Below are positions 25,082-32,028 of a stretch of DNA of 32,028 nt, piece after piece (position 1 is the first letter of the stretch; each line of letters starts with the position of its first letter). The notes under the pieces are model-generated. The model did no database searches. It was not told where the DNA came from and saw nothing but the letters and a program-made list of their open reading frames with translations. This DNA is from a virus. The position numbers and the translations under genes were made by a program. The stretch lies in the UHGV virus genome UHGV-0196822; one strand, 5' to 3'.

Positions 25082-25722
25082 AGCAAATCCCTCCTAAATC
25101 CGAAGAATGTCTTTATTTGCGGCAGTGTATCCAGCCTGTGTCCATCTACCGTTATCAGCGCTGCATAGCCCTGACCTATCCAGCCACGGTGCCAAATCTC
25201 CCTGGCCTCGTAGTAGTCCACGCTCTCCCGGCGCTCTGTTGTTTTGCCGCAAACCCTTATCTCGATGTCGATTTTCCCATCCCGGCGCTTTATCCAATTC
25301 TTGGGGCGCTTATACTTACCGGATGCCGCCGCATCCTTGTAGCATTGCTTGGAGCAGTACTTTTGTCCCGGCTGGCCGAAATAGTCCTTCCCGCAGTATT
25401 CGCATTTCTTCGGCTCGGCTTTTTTCATACTGCTTTTGCGGGCCCGGATGCTGTCCATGGCCTTTTGGCAGTCTTTGCAATACAGCTGCCTGGTGTTGGT
25501 GCTGCCTATCGGCCCTCCGCATCTCTTGCAGGGCCGGTTTGGGTCTCTCTTGATTCCATAGCGAGACAAGATCGAGGCCACAGAGCCGTAATCAAGATCA
25601 AGAATTAAGGCAATCTCCCTGTTTGTCTTGCCCTCCCGCACCAGCTGTTTCAGGAACTCCGGGTCGTTTGAATTAGAACAGCCGATTTTGGCTGCGGGAG
25701 TGGCCTTATCGTATGACATCAT
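25078..25722 (-). CDS. HTH and zinc-finger protein
   Basis: EGKTNREIALILD HTH; CKRC..YCKDC; CEYCGK..QKYCSKQC. Confidence 0.72.
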   Translation of the reverse strand: MMSYDKATPAAKIGCSNSNDPEFLKQLVREGKTNREIALILDLDYGSVASILSRYGIKRDPNRPCKRCGGPIGSTNTRQLYCKDCQKAMDSIRARKSSMKKAEPKKCEYCGKDYFGQPGQKYCSKQCYKDAAASGKYKRPKNWIKRRDGKIDIEIRVCGKTTERRESVDYYEAREIWHRGWIGQGYAALITVDGHRLDTLPQIKTFFGFRRDLL

Positions 25723-25867
25723 AACTCACCACCTTTTCCTGCTCGGCCATCTCTTCGCGCATTTTTATGGCTTTGGTGATAGCGTTCCAGCGCTTGATAA
25801 ATTCCTCGGCACTTTGTCCCTCAAAAAGCGGATTCTCCCGCTCTATTTCCGTTCCGTGTTTCCCCAT
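25706..25867 (-). CDS. Small hypothetical protein (53 aa, absent from ORF track)
   Basis: MGKHGTEIERENPLFEGQSAEEFIKRWNAITKAIK..; gaggaggt RBS; fills the gap after rusA. Confidence 0.65.
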   Translation of the reverse strand: MGKHGTEIERENPLFEGQSAEEFIKRWNAITKAIKMREEMAEQEKVVSYDVIR

Positions 25868-26208
25868 TGTGTTACCTCCTCTATGTCAATTTCTGTCCTT
25901 GGGTTCTTTGGGTCATATGCCCCACGCAGCCTTAGCTCGACATGGTCAAAGCTATCATCGGCGATTACTCCCCGGTGTACCAGCCCGTCCATCAGCATCT
26001 TGCCGTTGTAGTTGTCGGGGTCGTGCCGATGGCGTGTTGGAAAGTAGTAGGTGATGGTCACCACCGCCTTGCCCATTGGTTTGCACTTGGGGCAGTATGC
26101 AACAAACAGCTGCAGCCAGCGCTGCTTTTCTGCCCGGTAGTCCCAGGCGTTCGCCCGTCCGGCGTACTTGTTCAGCGATGGGGGAATTTCGGGAATTGTT
26201 ATTTTCAC
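25843..26208 (-). CDS. rusA: RusA-family Holliday junction resolvase
   Basis: PPSLN, HRHDPDNY.GK..MDGL..GVIADDS, PRTEI. Confidence 0.87.
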   Translation of the reverse strand: MKITIPEIPPSLNKYAGRANAWDYRAEKQRWLQLFVAYCPKCKPMGKAVVTITYYFPTRHRHDPDNYNGKMLMDGLVHRGVIADDSFDHVELRLRGAYDPKNPRTEIDIEEVTQWGNTERK

Positions 26209-26786
26209 GCATTCTCCTCCATCGTCCGCTGCGCCAGCGCCAGGTCATAGCTTGGAAGCTGCTTTACCTCGGCCATACCGGCCAGCTTTGCCCGGATATC
26301 CGCAGGCAGGGCTTGCATTTTGCGCTCGCTCTCCTGTCTTGCCCGGTAGCTGCGCATAAAGTTGGACTGCACCACGCTCTGCACTGTCCCGGTGTCCATG
26401 CTGGCCCATTCCCGCAGCTGGGAGGGGTGTCCTACCAACCGTTGTAGGTTCTCCGGCAGGGCTGCAAACTCTTTCTCGCTGTTGTAGCCGCTGTTCCGCA
26501 GGGCCTTTGCAATCAGCGCCCACGCTTCCCCCTCGGAGAGTTCCGCCGGTCTGCTGATCTCCCCGATGCTGGCTATGATAGCCCCAATGTGTGGAGGGAA
26601 CCCCTTGCGGTCGCTGGCAATGTGGGTCTTAACCGCCGCTGCCACAAGGTCAGCCGGGTAGTCTGCCAGCATTTCCGCCCACAGGTTCACCACCGCTTCG
26701 GCATCCTGCCGCTTCATGTCCCGGTAGTACGCTGGATAAGCGGCCTTGAGGATGGACATAACCGCCAGTGTTTCAGTACGGTTCAT
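26205..26786 (-). CDS. Replicative helicase loader/inhibitor (G39P-like)
   Basis: ILKAAYP..W..ML.DY..V.AAVK.HI..FPP.IG.I; follows initiator. Confidence 0.78.
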   Translation of the reverse strand: MNRTETLAVMSILKAAYPAYYRDMKRQDAEAVVNLWAEMLADYPADLVAAAVKTHIASDRKGFPPHIGAIIASIGEISRPAELSEGEAWALIAKALRNSGYNSEKEFAALPENLQRLVGHPSQLREWASMDTGTVQSVVQSNFMRSYRARQESERKMQALPADIRAKLAGMAEVKQLPSYDLALAQRTMEENA

Positions 26787-27531
26787 GTTGTCCCTCCTCC
26801 TGCAGCATCTGCAAAAATACATTGTCGGTCCCACCAGCAGACTTGTCGCCTTTCAACGGGTAAACATCCTGCCAGCAGCGCTTAACGCTCTGATCGAGAA
26901 TAAGTCCCTTGGTGTGGTTGTCCCCCGGTGCCAGCCGTTCCAGCTCATTCAGGATCATCTTTGCGGCACGATCAGTGAGGGGCTTTTTGATTTTTTTGCG
27001 CATCTCACAAAAGCCGTTCCAGTTCTCCATCAAGGCTTCCGGGACATCCACACGCCCCCTTGGGGGGGTAGGGGGGGAGCTTGGATTCGTATTCGGATTA
27101 GGATTCGGATTCGGATTGGATTCAGGCCGCAGCTCGCCGCAATCCGCCGCAACTTGCGGCAACTCGCCGCAGATTTCCGCAGACGGTGTAAAGCCGCTGT
27201 TTTCAGGCGGGTCGGGATATTTGGGTTTGCATTCTCGTATCCTTTGATGTTCGGCCCAAGTCGGGAACCAAAAGTAGGGCTTCCCGTCCACCTCGTAGAG
27301 GGAAACGCAGCCTTTGGCCGCCAAACCGTGGAGCGCATCGTTGATATCTTTTGCAGTAACCCGTTCCCGAAGCGGGAATGCGTTTCCTTTGATGATTGCA
27401 GGCCGGGCATCTCCTCGTCCTGCATCGTCTACCGAAACAATAAGACTTACCCAAAGCCGAAACTCGAAATCCGTTAAGGATGCTATCTTGTCGCTTGTGC
27501 GGAAGCTATCCTTTATCAATCTATTCGGCAT
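26773..27531 (-). CDS. Phage replication initiator (replisome organizer)
   Basis: MPNRLIK..LIVSVDDAGR N-domain, low-complexity linker, RKKIKKPLTDRA..QSV..WQ.VYPLK C-domain. Confidence 0.82.
   Translation of the reverse strand: MPNRLIKDSFRTSDKIASLTDFEFRLWVSLIVSVDDAGRGDARPAIIKGNAFPLRERVTAKDINDALHGLAAKGCVSLYEVDGKPYFWFPTWAEHQRIRECKPKYPDPPENSGFTPSAEICGELPQVAADCGELRPESNPNPNPNPNTNPSSPPTPPRGRVDVPEALMENWNGFCEMRKKIKKPLTDRAAKMILNELERLAPGDNHTKGLILDQSVKRCWQDVYPLKGDKSAGGTDNVFLQMLQEEGQHEPY
27084..27181. repeat. Iteron-like repeats (putative origin) inside initiator gene
   Basis: (ggattc/ggatta) hexamer run encoding PNPNPN and about 5 imperfect CCGCA-containing repeats spaced 10-11 bp, with one inverted (ccgcaacttgcgg). 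Confidence 0.55.
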
Positions 27532-27547
27532 TCCTCCTCACCTCCCG

Positions 27548-27943
27548 TCAGAATGGGAGGTCGTTAGGGTCGCCCTCGACTTCTTCAAATCCGCCCTGCT
27601 CGCTCTCTGCAGGCTTTTCCTCTGCCTTGCCGGTAGATTTGCTGCCGCCAAACAGAACCTCCTCTGCGATGATTTCTGTGGCCGTGCGCTTGTTGCCTTC
27701 CTTGTCCTCATAGCTGCGGACTTCGATGCGGCCTACAATGGTGATAAGGTCGCCCTTGCCAAACCACTGGTTCACGAATTCGGCGGTCTTGCCCCATGCT
27801 ACGATGGGTACGAAGTCAGTCTTTTCCCGGTCACGGCTGCGGTCTACCGCAATGGTAAAGCTGCACACATTCTTGCCGCTGTTAGTCTGCTTCAGTTCGG
27901 GGGCTTTCGTCAGTCGCCCATTAAGGATCGCTTTGTTCAGCAT
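27548..27943 (-). CDS. ssb: Single-stranded DNA-binding protein
   Basis: MLNKAILNGRLT..PELKQT..FTIAVDR..TDF..AWGKTAE..KG..GRI; acidic DLPF tail. Confidence 0.95.
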   Translation of the reverse strand: MLNKAILNGRLTKAPELKQTNSGKNVCSFTIAVDRSRDREKTDFVPIVAWGKTAEFVNQWFGKGDLITIVGRIEVRSYEDKEGNKRTATEIIAEEVLFGGSKSTGKAEEKPAESEQGGFEEVEGDPNDLPF

Positions 27944-28275
27944 TCTGTTTCCTCCAAATAGTTTGTGTAAAATTCCTCCCGGAACATCGGGATAGTGAAA
28001 TCGTAGTTGTCGATACAGGCTTGCTCGCCCAGCCGGTGCAGCCAGTCCATCACCTCGGCGCAGCCGTGTGCATGTGTCAGGTGGCACGGCATATGGCACA
28101 GGGACACCCAAAGCCCCATGCGCTTGCTTTTGCTCCGCATGGCGTTGCCGAAGATTTCGTGCCGGTCGAGCTTTACGCCGGAGCGCTGGCACAAAAAGCA
28201 CTTGGATGTGTCGGCCTGTACGATGCTCGGAGCGTAACCGTTTCGGTCAAGCTCTGCGCCCCATTCATTTTTCAA
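27937..28275 (-). CDS. HNH-like zinc-binding protein
   Basis: CFLC..RHEIFG..SLCHMPCH..H..FREEFYTNYL. Confidence 0.65.
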   Translation of the reverse strand: MKNEWGAELDRNGYAPSIVQADTSKCFLCQRSGVKLDRHEIFGNAMRSKSKRMGLWVSLCHMPCHLTHAHGCAEVMDWLHRLGEQACIDNYDFTIPMFREEFYTNYLEETEC

Positions 28276-28619
28276 CCGTCACACCTCCCTGCCTGTCCCC
28301 ATTCTCTTCCGATTTGGTTATCGATGATCCTGATTTGCAGTTTAAGGCTGTTGATGGCTTCCAAGTTCGCCTTGTAGACTGCTTCGGCAACATCTCGCCT
28401 AAACCGTGCCTCTGCCACGCTCGGTATCCCGTAGCAGGTCTTGTCGATCAGCCCGATGGCAACACCTTCGTCTTTCAGCTTTAAGCACTCGGTGCGGAGA
28501 AGGACTTTATAGTCCCGCTCCGCAGCAGCATACTCGCTTCCCGAATTTCGCAAGGTCTTAACGGATGTATTAAGCTGTGCCGATTTCTGTTGCAGTTCGG
28601 TCCACAGGTCAAGCTCCAT
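28272..28619 (-). CDS. Hypothetical coiled-coil phage protein
   Basis: 115-aa ORF coupled to flanking genes. Confidence 0.7.
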   Translation of the reverse strand: MELDLWTELQQKSAQLNTSVKTLRNSGSEYAAAERDYKVLLRTECLKLKDEGVAIGLIDKTCYGIPSVAEARFRRDVAEAVYKANLEAINSLKLQIRIIDNQIGREWGQAGRCDG

Positions 28620-29307
28620 TCTTTTCGGCCTCCTTTGCGGCTTTCATGCACGGCCCGCACAAGTGGCGCCCGAACATTTTCTCGGTGTATGGGACAATCT
28701 CCCGCACATACCATGTAGATCCGTCTCTTTTGGTAATCGGTACGATTGGTTTACCGCAGTCAGCGCAGGTTTCCGTGATATCATATCCGGCATCTCCCGG
28801 TTGACCAAAGCTAAATACGATGTTTCCGTTTTTGTCTGCGACAGTCAGGTAGGTGATGCGCTCTCCGGTTACCTCCATTTCCGCTACGGTAAATTTAGCC
28901 CACTTGTCATTACTGTCTGCTGGTTCAAACTTTCCGTACTCATTCTTTTGGGTCTTCATGGGGATGACGATATTTATCCTCGTGTAAAGTTCCCTGCCAA
29001 TTCCCCAGTTAAAACAAGCTCTCTTGAAACTGTCGGAGCTTTCGCCCTTTTCCTTTTCGGTGTAGCTTTCTGTTCCGCAATCTGCTTTCCACGTCCATCC
29101 GTCAGCCGTTCTGATCCCGACACGGCAGAAAAGGTTCCCCTTACATTCGTAATGTTCGCGCTGCCAGTCCTCGGGCCCCACCGTCTCGTCCAAAATACGC
29201 ATATCGCATCGTGCATCCTTGTAGCACAGGAGCACAGCCCCTCTTGATGTATAGCGGTCAACCCGGAGGTCAACCTCATCCGCCCGAAGCGGTCTGAATT
29301 TAATCAT
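28609..29307 (-). CDS. Sak / Rad52-like ssDNA annealing protein
   Basis: YKDAR..ILDETVG..WQ..EKEKGESSDSFKRACFNWGIGRELY; C-terminal CxxC..CxxC. Confidence 0.82.
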   Translation of the reverse strand: MIKFRPLRADEVDLRVDRYTSRGAVLLCYKDARCDMRILDETVGPEDWQREHYECKGNLFCRVGIRTADGWTWKADCGTESYTEKEKGESSDSFKRACFNWGIGRELYTRINIVIPMKTQKNEYGKFEPADSNDKWAKFTVAEMEVTGERITYLTVADKNGNIVFSFGQPGDAGYDITETCADCGKPIVPITKRDGSTWYVREIVPYTEKMFGRHLCGPCMKAAKEAEKNGA

Positions 29308-29513
29308 TTCCTATCCTCCTCAAAGTACCTGTCTGCGTCTAAATCCCCTGCATCGAACCACTTAATACAGTTCTCACAGCCAATGACCATGCCATCCTTA
29401 ATGTAAATGGTCTCGTTAATCTCACAGCCACATTCCGGGCAGATATGCGGTTTATCGTCGTAGTTGTCTACCCAACTCGGGATTGGCCTATCTGGGATAT
29501 CGTAAGGGCTCAT
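29304..29513 (-). CDS. Small zinc-ribbon protein
   Basis: CPECG..IGCENC. Confidence 0.7.
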   Translation of the reverse strand: MSPYDIPDRPIPSWVDNYDDKPHICPECGCEINETIYIKDGMVIGCENCIKWFDAGDLDADRYFEEDRK

Positions 29514-30448
29514 GCTTCCACGACCTCCCCATTTTCCAGTTTGTAAAATACCCCGGGTTTTATGACCTCACCATCTACCTTTACCGCTCGCACCTCTTTA
29601 ATGGGGCAAGTGTCACCGTTCCAGTTGCCCCTCTCGGTTAGGACAAGCCAGCATCCAATGGCGCCGGATGCTTTACTATCGACCCCGGTGACGATTGCAA
29701 TAGACTCCTTTCCATCAACGGTTGCTGCGCTATAGTTGCCGGTGTTGGTGGCTGCGCTACGGTCGCCGGTGTTGGTGGCTGCGCTACGGTCGCCGGTGTT
29801 GGTGGCTGCGCTACAGTCGCCGGTGTTGGTGGCTGCGCTACAGTCGCCGGTGTTGGTTGCTGCGCTACAGTAGCCGGTGTTGGTGGCTGCGCTACAGTCG
29901 CCGGTGTTGGTTGCTGCGCTACAGTAGCCGGTGTTGGTTGCTGCGCTACGGTCGCCGGTGTCGGTTGCTGCGCTACAGTAGCCGGTGTTGGTTGCTGCGC
30001 TACAGTCGCCGGTGTCGGTTGCTGCGCTACAGTAGCCGGTGTTGGTTGCTGCGCTACAGTCGCCGGTGTTGGTTGCTGCGCTACAGTAGCCGGTGTTGGT
30101 TGCTGCGCTATAGTTGCCGGTCTGATTTTTGCTGCTCTCGGCTTTTTCTTTTATGTACTCAACCGCAGCTTTTACGATACCTGCAATCCCGATCTCCGCC
30201 TTGAGTTTAATCTTCGTTCCAACCCGCTTGGTGTCGTCACTTCCTGTTTCATCCGTCACTCCGTCAAGGTCGGCCACGAAAAACCGGCTGTCGGCCGGGG
30301 CGTAATGGGCGAACACATCAAGCGGGTACTCGCATCCATGGAAACCTTTGTCGCACAGTTTCGCTTCCTCCTCCACATATTCTTTGCCAAGATCGAATTG
30401 GAAGCCTCGGCACTTCATATCCTTATCGGTTCCCTTGTAGACGATCAC
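29510..30448 (-). CDS. Phage protein with YKG..CRGFQ..GFH.CE.PLDVF N-domain and 9-aa tandem repeat region
   Basis: Conserved-looking N- and C-termini (VDG..IKP..FYKL.NG) around 15 TGxxSAAT(N/D) repeats. Confidence 0.85.
   Translation of the reverse strand: MIVYKGTDKDMKCRGFQFDLGKEYVEEEAKLCDKGFHGCEYPLDVFAHYAPADSRFFVADLDGVTDETGSDDTKRVGTKIKLKAEIGIAGIVKAAVEYIKEKAESSKNQTGNYSAATNTGYCSAATNTGDCSAATNTGYCSAATDTGDCSAATNTGYCSAATDTGDRSAATNTGYCSAATNTGDCSAATNTGYCSAATNTGDCSAATNTGDCSAATNTGDRSAATNTGDRSAATNTGNYSAATVDGKESIAIVTGVDSKASGAIGCWLVLTERGNWNGDTCPIKEVRAVKVDGEVIKPGVFYKLENGEVVEA
29720..30121. repeat. 27-bp coding tandem repeat, 15 units
   Basis: Unit like ggttgctgcgctacagtcgccggtgtt; 14 x 27 + 24 = 402 bp. 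Confidence 0.95.
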
Positions 30449-30819
30449 TTGACATCCCTCCCCTTATCGTGTATAGTTGTGGTGGTGGTTGGGTCTCCGT
30501 CTCTGACGGGGGCCTTTCTTTTTTTGTATTCCTCCTGCTGGCGGCGGATACAGCGCAGAACCCATGCTGTGAAGTTGCAGTAACCCATTTCGATAAGCTG
30601 CTGACGGAACTCCGACATATTCACATAACCCAAAGGAATACGCACAGACAGCTTATAGTTTGCTTCCCGCTTCCTGCCGGGCTTGTCCGCTATCAGCGCT
30701 TCCGCTTCTGCAGTACGCCGGATGCCATAATACTCCGGCCGTTTGCACATACTGTCCAGCGGCTTGGTGTAACCGGGGAACTTCTCCCGGATAACTGCTA
30801 TCCTCTCGTTCTGCTCCAT
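30445..30819 (-). CDS. Hypothetical early protein
   Basis: 124-aa ORF, gaggt RBS, GTGA overlap downstream. Confidence 0.7.
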   Translation of the reverse strand: MEQNERIAVIREKFPGYTKPLDSMCKRPEYYGIRRTAEAEALIADKPGRKREANYKLSVRIPLGYVNMSEFRQQLIEMGYCNFTAWVLRCIRRQQEEYKKRKAPVRDGDPTTTTTIHDKGRDVK

Positions 30820-30823
30820 GGCC

Positions 30824-30919
30824 TTACCTCACCAGCAGCAGGATAGCCGCTGCTGCGAAGATGGTTCCCATTCCGAGGACTACGGCCAAGGCTTCCTGCA
30901 GCCACTCCTTTTTACTCAT
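30824..30919 (-). CDS. Small membrane peptide (31 aa)
   Basis: MSKKEWLQEALAVVLGMGTIFAAAAILLLVR; aggaggt RBS. Confidence 0.6.
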   Translation of the reverse strand: MSKKEWLQEALAVVLGMGTIFAAAAILLLVR

Positions 30920-31145
30920 CTTCCTGTACCTCCTTTTGCGGAAGCTCCGGCAGGGATGCCCACCACTGGACTTTGATAGCGCAATCCACATTATCTTTGC
31001 TGACATTGAACATCTGATGCTTGGTGCTGAATGGCAAGGTTGCGTATCTTCCCGGATTTGTCTGGCACAGGTAATGCCCGTCCTTGTTGGGTACGATCTC
31101 ATCCGAGTTAAACCACCGGATAAAGGTGTTGGTTGTTGCTTCCAT
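30912..31145 (-). CDS. Hypothetical early protein (DUF551-like ending)
   Basis: MEATTNTFIRWF..VQWWASLPELP; aggagg RBS. Confidence 0.65.
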   Translation of the reverse strand: MEATTNTFIRWFNSDEIVPNKDGHYLCQTNPGRYATLPFSTKHQMFNVSKDNVDCAIKVQWWASLPELPQKEVQEDE

Positions 31146-31386
31146 GTTGTTCCTCCTTCTTTTCCACCCCGTTTGGCGGGAAAAACTTCTTGACATCTTT
31201 TATTGGAATAAATAATGCATCGCAGACCTTATAGACTTCCTCCAATGTCCACGGGGTCTTGCATATCATTCTGTCGCTGATCTGCTGGCGGCTCATACCG
31301 GTGCGCTTCCCAAGGCTTGTCTGGTCGTGGCCAAGTTCCAGCATCAGCGCTCGCAGCCTGCGGTAGGTATCAATTTTCCTTGACAT
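31108..31386 (-). CDS. XRE/Cro-like HTH protein
   Basis: QTSLGKRTGMSRQQISDRM..PWTLEEVYKVCDAL; gggagg RBS before ATG 31386. Confidence 0.8.
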   Translation of the reverse strand: MSRKIDTYRRLRALMLELGHDQTSLGKRTGMSRQQISDRMICKTPWTLEEVYKVCDALFIPIKDVKKFFPPNGVEKKEEQHGSNNQHLYPVV

Positions 31387-31431
31387 TGCTGTCCCTCCCT
31401 TCATGTGGTAGACTATAGTTGAGGTGATATT

Positions 31432-31788
31432 ATGAGCGAAAAACTTGATGTTTCGTATTCTTTGACCGAAGAAGAAAAGAGAATATTTCGCAAATTCAAG
31501 CGAAGCAATAGCGCCAAATTGACAAAATCTGAATTTCAGACTATGCTCCGGTCAAAGCTGGTAGATGGCGGTTTCGGCGGCGAATACTACTGGTTTAGCG
31601 AAGGCTCCTTTGATGAGGGAATTGCTTGCCTATCGGAAAACGGTTTGCGTGTTAAAGCCGCCATGCGTGCCGAGAAGAAGTTAAGCGTCCGGTATTGGAT
31701 TACAACAGGAGTTGCAATCGCTGGTTTCCTGCTTGCCGTCTTGTCTCTCCTCATGCAACATGGGATAATATCACTACTGCCGCTATGA
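31432..31788 (+). CDS. Membrane-anchored hypothetical protein, inverted within the early operon
   Basis: gaggtg RBS, extended -10 TGgTAGACT upstream, C-terminal TM YWITTGVAIAGFLLAVLSLLM. Confidence 0.75.
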   Translation: MSEKLDVSYSLTEEEKRIFRKFKRSNSAKLTKSEFQTMLRSKLVDGGFGGEYYWFSEGSFDEGIACLSENGLRVKAAMRAEKKLSVRYWITTGVAIAGFLLAVLSLLMQHGIISLLPL

Positions 31789-31930
31789 TGATAGAGAGAA
31801 CACCGCACACAACCGTGATGATCTGCGGGGGCCGGGTCTTAAATAGGTACGCTTTCCAACTTGTGTCGCCGTAGACCTCGATAAGGTGTTTTTCAAATTC
31901 CTCGTTGCTCATATCACGCCAGTCTTTCAT
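31751..31930 (-). CDS. Small membrane protein (59 aa, absent from ORF track)
   Basis: ATGA-coupled to cro; MKDWRDMSNEEFEKHLIEVYGDTSWKAYLFKTRPPQIITVVCGVLSIIIAAVVILSHVA; aggagg RBS. Confidence 0.7.
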   Translation of the reverse strand: MKDWRDMSNEEFEKHLIEVYGDTSWKAYLFKTRPPQIITVVCGVLSIIIAAVVILSHVA

Positions 31931-32028
31931 TTATCCTCCTCCTTTTCCTTGATAAGCTCGTCCAGCGCGGCCATGAATCGCTGTTCCGCTCCCTTTGGGC
32001 TGCGGCGGCCATTTAATATCGCACACAC
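31927..32028 (-). CDS. Cro-like HTH regulator, 3' part (joins 1..99)
   Basis: VCAILNGRRSPKGAEQRFMAALDELIKEKEEDK*, in frame with 1..99. Confidence 0.88.
   Translation of the reverse strand: MCAILNGRRSPKGAEQRFMAALDELIKEKEEDK

Noticed and set aside
27944..28201. N-terminal extension of SSB in the ORF track
   Set aside because: Overlaps the upstream gene; the SSB fold and ggagg RBS begin at ATG 27943.
29720..30121. Possible CRISPR array
   Set aside because: Head-to-tail 27-bp units with no unique spacers, in frame within a CDS; no cas genes.
29722..30204. + strand Arg/Trp/Cys-rich ORF
   Set aside because: Antisense shadow of the tandem repeat; no RBS.

Overview
The window appears to be a complete, circularly permuted genome (32,028 bp) of a temperate HK97-fold siphovirus of a Firmicutes host, probably Clostridia/Oscillospiraceae-like (inferred). 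The ends join in frame inside a Cro-like gene, and integrase and endolysin flank an intact attP with a tRNA-Ser 3' core, so this is the excised or virion form. The + strand carries the lysogeny module: CI, a membrane-anchored HTH protein, a membrane protein and a tyrosine integrase. The - strand, read from high to low coordinates, carries Cro and early genes, Sak/Rad52, SSB, initiator, helicase loader, RusA and a C5-MTase-like gene. It continues with an ArpU/RinA late activator, a DUF559 nuclease, tRNA-Thr(UGU), a metallophosphoesterase, Rha, HNH, terminase, head, tail and lysis genes. The most notable observation is an unannotated 47-aa ORF (551..694, -) encoded antisense over the 3' end of CI. 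It resembles CI's own C-terminal helix (SinI/SinR-like mimicry), and a LexA-type box plus a leftward promoter point towards it. CI has no autocleavage domain, so this is a candidate induction switch. Other items of note are face-to-face CI/Cro promoters with operators in their spacers, anti-Shine-Dalgarno hairpin units flanking the tRNA, and a DGR-target-like receptor-binding protein with no reverse transcriptase in the genome.
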